Below, piece after piece: positions 15,950 to 24,290 of a stretch of DNA of 27,391 bases; the first letter of the stretch is position 1; each line of letters opens with the position of its first letter. This DNA comes from a virus (Duplodnaviria; Caudoviricetes), in IMG/VR virus record IMGVR_UViG_3300011336_000221, positions 1 to 27,391 of that record, one strand, 5' to 3'. A model generated the notes under the pieces. That model was not told where the DNA came from, ran no database searches, and saw only the letters and a list, made by a program, of their open reading frames with translations. The position numbers were made by a program, and so were the translations under genes.

Positions 15950-16989
15950 TGGCAAGTAATTACGACAACACCTCGAACACAACTGCGCAGACCGTTATCA
16001 CGGTCGACCAGTTGATCTCGTTCGCGTACAGCGAGGCGGGCAAGCTGGCCGAGGAGTTGACGCCAGAGTACATCAACCGTGCCCGTCAGGCGCTTTGGTA
16101 CATTCTGATTAACCTGTCTAATCGCGGCGTTAACCTGTGGTTGTTGGAATACATTGTGATGGGCAGTTCTGCCCAGACGCGCCAGTACGAAATGCCGCGC
16201 GGCACCGTGGACGTGCGCGAGGCCAACTACCGTTTAATGACACGCCCAAGCACCGTGTCAGACACCACAGGCGGCGCGTTCAACACAAACAACATTGACC
16301 TAGAGTACACGATTGCCGCGGGTGGTTCAGCAACAGCCACGTACAACGCAACACGCTTTTTGAGCGCCGGTTTCTATTCTGATACACGCAACGTGACACT
16401 GAACGTTGAATACAGCTACGACGGCATTACTTGGGTTGCGCTCACAACAGTGACAAACAGCGCCGCCAACCCGTGGGGGTACACGCAGATTGACGGGTCT
16501 CCACAGGCTATCTTTTGGCGTTTGCGCAACACCTCGGTGGTTGCTGTTAAGGTACGCGCTATCTCTTTGGCCTCGGTTCAACAAGACGTGCCGATGGCGC
16601 GCTTGAACCGTAACGACTACTACAGCCTACCAAACAAAGACTTTATGAGCAACCGTGCTCTGCAGTACTGGTTTGATCGTCAGGTAACACCTATTATCAA
16701 TTTGTGGCCTGTGCCGCAAAATGCGTTTCAGACGTTCCAATTTATCATTGAGATGCAACCACAAGATGTGGGCAAGCTCACAAACGAGATTGCTATTCCA
16801 GACCGTTGGGTCCCTGCTATTCAGGCCCAGTTGTCACACAGGGTGGCCAAGCTGTTGCCCGGCATTGACCCTGCAAGAATCAACATGCTGAAACAAGACG
16901 CCGCAGAGGCCACGTTGTCGGCTGAAGATGAGGACCGTGATAAGTCCCCAATCTATTTCCGCCCCAACATTAGTTATTACACTCGATAA
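15949..16989 (+). CDS. Putative head-tail adaptor/neck protein, 346 aa
   Basis: Helical N-terminus 'ARQALWYILINLSNRGVNLW', 'YYSLPNK...QYWFDRQ...LWPVP' and a helical C-terminus, with a beta-rich central insertion; first gene of the tail module. Confidence 0.65.
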   Translation: MASNYDNTSNTTAQTVITVDQLISFAYSEAGKLAEELTPEYINRARQALWYILINLSNRGVNLWLLEYIVMGSSAQTRQYEMPRGTVDVREANYRLMTRPSTVSDTTGGAFNTNNIDLEYTIAAGGSATATYNATRFLSAGFYSDTRNVTLNVEYSYDGITWVALTTVTNSAANPWGYTQIDGSPQAIFWRLRNTSVVAVKVRAISLASVQQDVPMARLNRNDYYSLPNKDFMSNRALQYWFDRQVTPIINLWPVPQNAFQTFQFIIEMQPQDVGKLTNEIAIPDRWVPAIQAQLSHRVAKLLPGIDPARINMLKQDAAEATLSAEDEDRDKSPIYFRPNISYYTR

Positions 16990-17001
16990 GGAACCATTCA
17001 A

Positions 17002-19467
17002 ATGGCTCAAGCAGGATTTACACCAATTCAACTTTATTTCAGCACCACAGCGGCGGCTGTACCTTTAGCGGCAAACCTTGCGCAAGGCGAGTTGGCAATC
17101 AACATCACCGACGGCAAGCTGTATTACGAGAACAATTCTGGTGTTGTGACGTTGCTTGCTTCAGCCGCTGGTGCTTCTGGCGATGTGGTTGGCCCAGCCT
17201 CCGCAACAGATAATGCTTTGGCAAGGTTTGACCTCACCACAGGCAAACTGATTCAGAACTCTGTTGGCATTTTGAGTGATGCAGGTGTTTTGACTGGTCT
17301 GACTGGCATCACATCCTCTGGCTCCATCACGTTTTCTAGCCTGACCTCTGGTCGCGTTCCTTATGCCACCACCGCTGGCTTGCTGACTGACTCTGCAAAC
17401 CTGTTGTACTCTGGTACTGACCTGACTGTTTATGGTCTAACTGTAGGCCGTGGTGCAGGTGCTGTGTCCACCAATACTGCGGTGGGTGCTAGTGCTTTGG
17501 CGGCTAATACGACTGGCGGTAGAAATACTGCGCTTGGAAATGAATCGTTATTTAGCAACACAACAGGCAACAATAACCTTGCTGTTGGTGGCAGAGATGA
17601 TAGTGCTTGGACTCCTTTGTATTCCAACACCACTGGTTCAAATAACGTGGCGGTTGGCAATGCGGCATTGTCAAGAAACACCACAGCATCAGCCAACACT
17701 GCTGTAGGTTACCAAGCGGCATACAGCAATACGACAGGCGCGCTTAATACTGCCGTTGGTGCAGGTGCTTTGTATAGCAACACAACAGGTGCTAGTAATG
17801 CTGGTTTAGGTGTAGACGCATTATTGGCTAATTCAACAGGTTCGTTTAACACAGCAATTGGCAGACAATCTCTTACTTCCAACACCACAGCATCTAACAA
17901 CACTGCTGTAGGTTATCAGGCTGGTTACAGTAATACTACTGGTGATAGGTTGTCTGCTTTTGGTATGCGGTCTTTGTTAGCAAACACAACTGGTACTCGT
18001 AATGCCGCATATGGAATGGATTCGTTGACAACAAATACAACGGGTTCGTACAACACTGCGTTGGGCACTGAATCTCTAGCCTCTAACATCACAGGCGACC
18101 AAAACACTGCAACTGGCTATCAAGCCTTGTATTCCAACACTACTGGATTCAATAATGTGGCGTATGGATATTTGTCATTGTTTTCAAATACAAGTGCGGC
18201 TGACAATGTGGCCTATGGCGTTTCGTCTATGCTTTCTAACACGACAGGCACTGGCAACGCAGGACTAGGTCGCTCTGCACTCCGTGAAACCACAACAGGA
18301 AATTACAACACTGCTGTAGGTATGGATGCACTTCGCCTCAACACCACAGCATCTAACAATACTGCTGTAGGTTATCAGGCGGGTTATTCCAACACGACTG
18401 GTACTGGCGTAACGGCTGTTGGCGCAACCGCTCTAAAAGCAAACACAGCAACTAACGTAACTGCTGTTGGGGCTTTTGCGGCACAAGCAAATACAAGTGG
18501 GGTTGAGAATGCCGCATTTGGCTCTTACTCACTGTATAACAACACGACGGGCGCAGACAACACGGGCATTGGACATTATGCGCTTGTAACCAACACAACG
18601 GGTTCAAGCAATACGGCTTTGGGCGCTAACGCTCTCCAGTCCAACACCACAGCATCTAACAACACTGCTGTAGGTTATCAAGCGGGTTATAGTAATACTG
18701 TGGCAGACAATGCCTTCTTCGGTTGGAGGTCTGGCTACAGCAATACCACTGGTACGCCAAACGCCTTCTTCGGCGTGCAGTCTGGTTATAGCAATACCAC
18801 AGGCACTAGCAACACTTTTATTGGGCAATCTTCCGGTTACTTTGTGACCACAGGTTCCAAGAACACAATCCTCGGCGCCTACACAGGCAACCAAGGTGGC
18901 CTAGACATTCGCACAGCAAGCAACTACATCGTGCTGTCTGATGGGGATGGGAATCCACGGGGCATATTTGATTCAAGCGGAAGGATGATAATTAACGGAA
19001 CTGGTCAAATATACTCTTCAACTCTTTCGCTTTTTAGATCAGGTAATTCTTATAACTTAGCTTCTAACGTTTCTAGCACGGGCAATGAAGGCCATGTAGT
19101 TTTTGAAAACGGGAATGGCGCTGTTGGTACAATTTTTACAAACGGCTCTTCAACTGCCTACAACACATCATCTGACTACCGCCTGAAAAACTCTGTTGCA
19201 CCCATGACAGGGGCGTTGGCTAGAGTGGCTCAACTTAAGCCTGTAACTTACAAATGGAATGCAGACAGTTCTGATGGTGAAGGCTTTATTGCTCATGAGT
19301 TGGCAGAAGTTGTACCCCAATGCGTGACAGGTGAAAAAGATGCTGTAGACGCTGACGGAAAACCGCAGTACCAAGGTATTGATGTGTCATTTTTGGTGGC
19401 TACATTAACAGCCGCAATTCAAGAGCTTAAAGCAGAATTTGATGCCTACAAAGCATCGCACCCTTAA
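17002..19467 (+). CDS. Tail fibre / receptor-binding protein with beta-solenoid repeats and C-terminal intramolecular chaperone (peptidase S74-like), 821 aa
   Basis: N-terminal 'LAQGELAINITDGKLYY' attachment module; many ~17-aa 'NTTGxxNTAVGxxAL' repeats; 'TSSDYRLKN...GFIAHEL...LTAAIQELKAE' autocleaving chaperone signature. Confidence 0.9.
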   Translation: MAQAGFTPIQLYFSTTAAAVPLAANLAQGELAINITDGKLYYENNSGVVTLLASAAGASGDVVGPASATDNALARFDLTTGKLIQNSVGILSDAGVLTGLTGITSSGSITFSSLTSGRVPYATTAGLLTDSANLLYSGTDLTVYGLTVGRGAGAVSTNTAVGASALAANTTGGRNTALGNESLFSNTTGNNNLAVGGRDDSAWTPLYSNTTGSNNVAVGNAALSRNTTASANTAVGYQAAYSNTTGALNTAVGAGALYSNTTGASNAGLGVDALLANSTGSFNTAIGRQSLTSNTTASNNTAVGYQAGYSNTTGDRLSAFGMRSLLANTTGTRNAAYGMDSLTTNTTGSYNTALGTESLASNITGDQNTATGYQALYSNTTGFNNVAYGYLSLFSNTSAADNVAYGVSSMLSNTTGTGNAGLGRSALRETTTGNYNTAVGMDALRLNTTASNNTAVGYQAGYSNTTGTGVTAVGATALKANTATNVTAVGAFAAQANTSGVENAAFGSYSLYNNTTGADNTGIGHYALVTNTTGSSNTALGANALQSNTTASNNTAVGYQAGYSNTVADNAFFGWRSGYSNTTGTPNAFFGVQSGYSNTTGTSNTFIGQSSGYFVTTGSKNTILGAYTGNQGGLDIRTASNYIVLSDGDGNPRGIFDSSGRMIINGTGQIYSSTLSLFRSGNSYNLASNVSSTGNEGHVVFENGNGAVGTIFTNGSSTAYNTSSDYRLKNSVAPMTGALARVAQLKPVTYKWNADSSDGEGFIAHELAEVVPQCVTGEKDAVDADGKPQYQGIDVSFLVATLTAAIQELKAEFDAYKASHP
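17470..18880 (+). repeat. Degenerate ~51-bp (17-aa) tandem coding repeats of the tail fibre
   Basis: Recurring NTTG/NTAVG units; near-identical DNA copies start at 17677, 17881, 18340 and 18643. Confidence 0.85.
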
Positions 19468-19486
19468 TTAACTGAAAGGAAAAATC

Positions 19487-19708
19487 ATGACTATTGAAAC
19501 ACAAACCCCAACCGCAGAAGAAATTGCTCGTCACTACAGTGCCGCAATGGACTCAGTAAATCTGATTAACGCAGGACAGCCAGAAGGCATGACTGCTGAA
19601 GATTGGGCTGACACTGTTGCTCGCAACAAAGAGCACCTCAAGATCATGCTGGCTAAAGACTTCTGGACAACAGAAAATTTAGCGCCACTGCAAGCCGCAT
19701 CAGCATAA
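19487..19708 (+). CDS. Small protein downstream of the tail fibre (possible fibre assembly factor), 73 aa
   Basis: GAAAGGA RBS and a clean ORF. Confidence 0.75.
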   Translation: MTIETQTPTAEEIARHYSAAMDSVNLINAGQPEGMTAEDWADTVARNKEHLKIMLAKDFWTTENLAPLQAASA

Positions 19709-19736
19709 CGGGAAGCCACCACCCGACCTTGGTGGC
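19709..19736 (+). other. Compact H-type RNA pseudoknot or hairpin in the intergenic region
   Basis: CGGG (19709-12)/CCCG (19722-25) crossed with GCCACCA (19715-21)/TGGTGGC (19730-36). Confidence 0.55.
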
Positions 19737-19753
19737 GCATTAAAGGAAACATC

Positions 19754-19969
19754 ATGGGAAAAAATGAAAAGACCCCTGTGACAATCGACGGCGTAGAGTA
19801 CAAGTTTGAAGACATGACACAGCAACAGCAGATGTTGCTCAACCATGTTGCTGACTTGGATCGCAAGTTGGATTCAGCAAGATTCAACGTGGATCAGTTG
19901 CAGGTAGGCAGAGAGGCGTTTTTCAAAATGTTGAAAGACTCTTTGGAAGTAGAGCCTGAGAAAGAGTAA
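19754..19969 (+). CDS. Small coiled-coil protein, 71 aa
   Basis: AAAGGAAA RBS; 'VTIDGVEY' followed by a heptad-like helix. Confidence 0.78.
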   Translation: MGKNEKTPVTIDGVEYKFEDMTQQQQMLLNHVADLDRKLDSARFNVDQLQVGREAFFKMLKDSLEVEPEKE

Positions 19970-19973
19970 ATAG

Positions 19974-20591
19974 ATGACCGCACAAACGATGACGTATGAC
20001 AGCCTCGTGGAGGATGTCAAAAGATACTGCGAGCGTAATGACGCGTCGTTTGTGGAACAGATCCCGCGCCTTATTATGCTCACTGAGCAGAGTATTGCCG
20101 CGGAGATCAAAACCCTTATGCAGTTGAACGTGGTCAACACCACGCTCACGGTGAACGACCCAGTTTTGCAAAAGCCCGTGCGTTGGCGCAAAACAGTCAG
20201 CATGAAAGTTAACGGACAGCCAATATTGAACAGGTCCATGGACTACGTCACGCAGTTCCAGTCAGAGTCACCCACAGGCCAGCCCTTGTACTACGGCGAC
20301 TACGACTACGACCACTGGGCTGTTGCGCCAATTCCAAACGACGACTACACGGTTCAAATGATTTACTATAGCCGCATTCAGCCGCTAGACATTGAGAACC
20401 AAGAGAATTTATTAACACGCGAGGCCCCACAGGCCTTGTTGTTTGGCACGTTATTACAAACCCAAGGGTACCTAAAGAACACGGATAAACTGGCCGTATG
20501 GAAAGGGTACTACGACGCCGCAATCGCCGCGCTCAAGGGTGAGGACCAACGCCGCATGGTTGACCGCAACGCCGTCAGACAGGAACCTTAA
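19974..20591 (+). CDS. Putative tail/neck (adaptor-like) protein, 205 aa
   Basis: 'MTYDSLVEDVKRYCER...FVEQIPRLIMLTEQSI', 'APIPND.Y' and 'PQALLFGTL'; located in the tail module. Confidence 0.65.
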   Translation: MTAQTMTYDSLVEDVKRYCERNDASFVEQIPRLIMLTEQSIAAEIKTLMQLNVVNTTLTVNDPVLQKPVRWRKTVSMKVNGQPILNRSMDYVTQFQSESPTGQPLYYGDYDYDHWAVAPIPNDDYTVQMIYYSRIQPLDIENQENLLTREAPQALLFGTLLQTQGYLKNTDKLAVWKGYYDAAIAALKGEDQRRMVDRNAVRQEP

Positions 20592-21862
20592 TGACAACAT
20601 ACACATCCCCATTTACAGGCAACGTCATCCAGCCAACAGACGTCAGTTACGCTGGCGTTGCGTTGACTGGTACACTGCAACTGTACTGGCCACAGTACGT
20701 CAACGCGGGCCAGCAGGTTGCCGCGCGCATCATGGACATACAGGCCACCGCGGGCTCTATTCTTGTCCTGCCCGACGCCACACAGGCCTCTGTTGGCCAA
20801 GATATTCTGATCCGCAACACAGGCGCTAACTCGTTCACAGTACAGCGTTTTGGTGGCACAGGCTCGTTTACTGTGGCCTCTGGAGCGGCGCAGTACACCT
20901 ACATCACAAGCAACACCACGCAGGCAGGCGTGTGGGCCGTTATAGCGTTTGGAACAGGCACGTCCACAGCAGACGCCGCCTCGCTCGCTGGGGTCAGCAC
21001 GGTGGCCCTTTTAGGCAAGCTAGAGTCTGCGTTCATTACCAACGAGTACGTTTCAGTACCAACAATTAACGCGGCCTCCCGCGGCTCTTGTTTTGTGTGG
21101 ACCGGCGGCGCCAGCACGTGGACCCTGCCCGCGGTGTCTAACTTATCAGAGGGTTGGTTTATTCTGGTGCGCAACAACGGCACCGGCGCACTCACAATAG
21201 CAACAAGCGCTGTTGGCTCGACCATTGACAGCCTGTCTACAATTACCCTGCCGCTTGGTGACTCGTGTTTTATTTGTATAAACAGAGACCCGGCCAAACA
21301 AGACTTCTTTACCGTGGGTCGTGGCCGCCCCAACAGCTTGACGTTCTCGTCTGCCACGTACGACGTGGACACTGTGGCCGGCGCAACACTAAGCCTGATC
21401 ACCAGCACGCCGTTGATCCAACGCTTCACGGCACTAAGTGGTTCGCGCACAACCAGTCTCTTGGTTCAGTTGCCCGCCGTGACGCAGGTGTACTACCTGC
21501 TTAATGACACCAACCAAAGCGGCTACAACATTAACTTCCAAGTGCAAGGAAGCGCGCAGGCCCCTTTTAGCCTGACCAACAACTCACAGGCGATTGTGCT
21601 CAGTGACGGCACCAACATCTACCCGTTGATCCAGTCCAACATCGGCCAGTTGATTGTGAACCGCGGCACCGCGGCGTCCCCTGCGTTCACCTTTGCTTTG
21701 GACCCCGTGACGGGCATGTATTCACCCAACAACTCACAGCTTGGTTTTTCTGTGGCTGGCACCAACATCGCAACCATGGACGGCACGGGCGGCGTGGGTA
21801 ACTTTGTCACCACCTTTGTGGGCCGCGTTCAGGCTAACCTAATCTCTGGTGGGGCGTTCTGA
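20591..21862 (+). CDS. Tail structural protein, 423 aa
   Basis: Thr/Gly/Ser-rich, with repeated 'LP......G..I.(I/V)RN.G' modules and C-terminal ISGGAF; TAATG-coupled. Confidence 0.75.
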   Translation: MTTYTSPFTGNVIQPTDVSYAGVALTGTLQLYWPQYVNAGQQVAARIMDIQATAGSILVLPDATQASVGQDILIRNTGANSFTVQRFGGTGSFTVASGAAQYTYITSNTTQAGVWAVIAFGTGTSTADAASLAGVSTVALLGKLESAFITNEYVSVPTINAASRGSCFVWTGGASTWTLPAVSNLSEGWFILVRNNGTGALTIATSAVGSTIDSLSTITLPLGDSCFICINRDPAKQDFFTVGRGRPNSLTFSSATYDVDTVAGATLSLITSTPLIQRFTALSGSRTTSLLVQLPAVTQVYYLLNDTNQSGYNINFQVQGSAQAPFSLTNNSQAIVLSDGTNIYPLIQSNIGQLIVNRGTAASPAFTFALDPVTGMYSPNNSQLGFSVAGTNIATMDGTGGVGNFVTTFVGRVQANLISGGAF

Positions 21863-23994
21863 TGGCGGGGGGTCAAGAGCCGTCTAAAATCTTTACGCTT
21901 TTTGTCAAGCCCGGCATCAAGCGGGACGGCACGCTGTTTGAAACCGACGAGTTTAGTGACGGTATGTGGACGCGCTTTCAGCGCGGCAAGGCTAAAAAGA
22001 TTGGCGGCTACCGCCAAATGTTTGCCTCCCCAACGGGCGTTCCCCGTGGGTTAATAACCAACACACAGAACGGCGTTAACTACATCTACGCCGGCAACTA
22101 CAAAGGCATTGAGGTCTTTAACACCGGCACCGACCAAGGTGTGGGCGTGGGCCCTTTTCCTGTTGAATTCAACACGACGTATGTAGTCGTTCAAGTTAAC
22201 ACATCGCCACGAACGATACATGTTAAAGGCAACGTGGTTTCTTTGTTTCCAAACGGCACAACGTTTTGGGCGTACAACACCTCGGGTGTTCGCACCAACT
22301 ACACAACAAACACAACACCAACGTATAACACACCCGGCAACTACACTGAACTACATTTAGTTTCTATCACAGGCATGCCCACCACGGTACCGTTTGAAAT
22401 ATATTTACCCAACGGCCTCACGTCTAACAATCAATACCTCTGGCAGTTTGACGTGGCGTTTGACTCCTCTGGCGCGGGTAATTCTAAACTGCTTGCACAC
22501 CCCGGGCGCAACCTAGTAAACATCGACTCTGACGTTTTGACGTCACTGTACGCGGGTGACTTCTTACCAGACCCCACAACCGGCAGGTACGTGCTGACCC
22601 AAGTTGTGGACTCAGGCGGCGCAAACCCCACATACCTGCCCATTAACGCCAGTGGTGGTGTGGTGGTGTTACACCCGTTTATTTTTGTGTACAGCAACTA
22701 CGGCGGCCTGCGCAACAACAACGTGTCTTTCACCTCTGGCACGGCCTCGGTACAAACCTTCAACGACTGGAACGGCACGCTGGCCAACGACGTGAACGTG
22801 GCGGCAGGCAAGATTGTTAAGGGCTTCCCTGTGCGCGGCGGTACCGCGTCCCCCTCTGGCCTGTTTTGGGCCACAGACTCTTTGGTACGCGCTTCCTTCA
22901 CGGCAACAGCACCCTACTACTGGCGCTACGACATTGTTGCAAGCCAGATCTCTATCATGTCTTCTAGCTCGGTTGTCGAGATGGACGGCGTTTATTTTTG
23001 GATGGGTGTTGACCGGTTCTATCTGTACAACGGCTCTGTAAAGGTACTGCCTAACGACAAGAACGTTAACTATCTGTTTGACAACATTAACTTTGCACAG
23101 CGCCAAAAGGTGTGGGCAACCAAGATTCCTCGCTACAACGAGATTTGGTTCTTCTACCCGCGTGGCACTGCAACAGAGTGCACAGACTGTATTATCTACA
23201 ACGTTAAAGACCAACTCTGGTACGACGCGGGTGAGGCAGAGGGCGCACGCAGGTCTTGCGGATACGTGACCGAGGTGTTCCCAAGACCCATTTGGGCCGA
23301 CTGGCAGTTCAGTGGTCGCCTTGGTATTAACTATACTTTAACGTACGGCCCTAACCGCGCAACAGCGCCGGTCACAACGGCCTATCAGGTTATTGCGCCG
23401 GGTGATTTGACAACCAACCCCGCAGGCTCGTTCATGGTTTTTAACCAGACACTGGACCCAACGTTCATGTCTGCCAACCAGATCACCGCGGCGGTGTTTA
23501 CTAATAACGCCTCTGGCGGATACACCACCATTACGTTTGCCAACACCGTGGCCGCTGGTGTGGTTGCTGGTAGCACCATGACGCAGGCAACCGGTGGTTA
23601 CGTTATTTGGGAACAAGAGTTCGGCAAGAACAAAGTTACAGACGTAGAAGAGTTTGCAGTTGACGCGTTTGTTGAAACCTGTGACATTAGTTTTGTCGGC
23701 GGCACGCCCGCATCAGACGACGCTATTGGCATTAACAGGCGCATGCACCTAACACGTATTGAGCCGGATTTTAAGCAGGTGGGAGACATGGAGTTGACTG
23801 TTGTCGGCAGGCCCTTTGCTAACGGTGAAATAGAAGAGAGAGGCCCATTTGTGTACACAGACAGCGACGGTAAGATTGACCTGCGTACCGAATTCCGCCT
23901 GATTAACCTTCGCTTTAGAAGTAACACAATTGACGGCGACTACGAAATGGGTCGCATACTGATCACGGCCGAACTTGGCGACGAGCGTCCCTAA
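21862..23994 (+). CDS. Putative tail nozzle/hub protein (P22 gp10 or tail tubular B-like role), 710 aa
   Basis: Large beta-rich protein with 'GVYFWMG..FYLYNGSV..LP' and 'YNEIWFFYP...IIYN...WY'; it precedes the putative ejection protein. Confidence 0.65.
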   Translation: MAGGQEPSKIFTLFVKPGIKRDGTLFETDEFSDGMWTRFQRGKAKKIGGYRQMFASPTGVPRGLITNTQNGVNYIYAGNYKGIEVFNTGTDQGVGVGPFPVEFNTTYVVVQVNTSPRTIHVKGNVVSLFPNGTTFWAYNTSGVRTNYTTNTTPTYNTPGNYTELHLVSITGMPTTVPFEIYLPNGLTSNNQYLWQFDVAFDSSGAGNSKLLAHPGRNLVNIDSDVLTSLYAGDFLPDPTTGRYVLTQVVDSGGANPTYLPINASGGVVVLHPFIFVYSNYGGLRNNNVSFTSGTASVQTFNDWNGTLANDVNVAAGKIVKGFPVRGGTASPSGLFWATDSLVRASFTATAPYYWRYDIVASQISIMSSSSVVEMDGVYFWMGVDRFYLYNGSVKVLPNDKNVNYLFDNINFAQRQKVWATKIPRYNEIWFFYPRGTATECTDCIIYNVKDQLWYDAGEAEGARRSCGYVTEVFPRPIWADWQFSGRLGINYTLTYGPNRATAPVTTAYQVIAPGDLTTNPAGSFMVFNQTLDPTFMSANQITAAVFTNNASGGYTTITFANTVAAGVVAGSTMTQATGGYVIWEQEFGKNKVTDVEEFAVDAFVETCDISFVGGTPASDDAIGINRRMHLTRIEPDFKQVGDMELTVVGRPFANGEIEERGPFVYTDSDGKIDLRTEFRLINLRFRSNTIDGDYEMGRILITAELGDERP

Positions 23995-24236
23995 TGCAAC
24001 TCATTGAGTTTTTGCCGGACTACAACACGTGGGAAGACTGGAACGGGCAACTGGTCCACTACTTTGGGGAGCAGTCTTTTTCTGTTTTGCCTGAAGACCG
24101 GTGGCGCGAGGTTGCGCAGTCTGTTGCCGTTAATCCTGTGTTTGATAAGTACTCTGTACCAGACCCCGCGGCGTTTGAAAACTGGCAAGATTGGGCTCTC
24201 TCGTTGATTCTAGGCGTCAACGGCGACGGGGCATAA
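23994..24236 (+). CDS. Small acidic Trp-rich hypothetical protein, 80 aa
   Basis: TAATG coupling to the previous gene; 'TWEDWN...WREVA...PDPAAFENWQDWA'. Confidence 0.75.
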   Translation: MQLIEFLPDYNTWEDWNGQLVHYFGEQSFSVLPEDRWREVAQSVAVNPVFDKYSVPDPAAFENWQDWALSLILGVNGDGA

Positions 24237-24269
24237 ACACCTCAATTTGTGGGTAATTCTCTTTAGGAA
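24229..24269 (+). promoter_or_regulatory. Putative phage late promoter, copy 5 (GGGCA-N15-GTGGGTAATT-N5-TAGGAA)
   Basis: Same spacing as the other copies; its spacer (TAAACACCTCAATTT) also resembles that of copy 1 (CAAACACCCTGATTT). Confidence 0.68.
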
Positions 24270-24290
24270 TACCCAAACCAATACACACAA

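Noticed and set aside
17002-19467. Tail-fibre repeats as a diversity-generating retroelement TR/VR pair
   Set aside because: There is no reverse transcriptase in the window, the copies are all in-frame coding units, and their differences are not confined to adenines.
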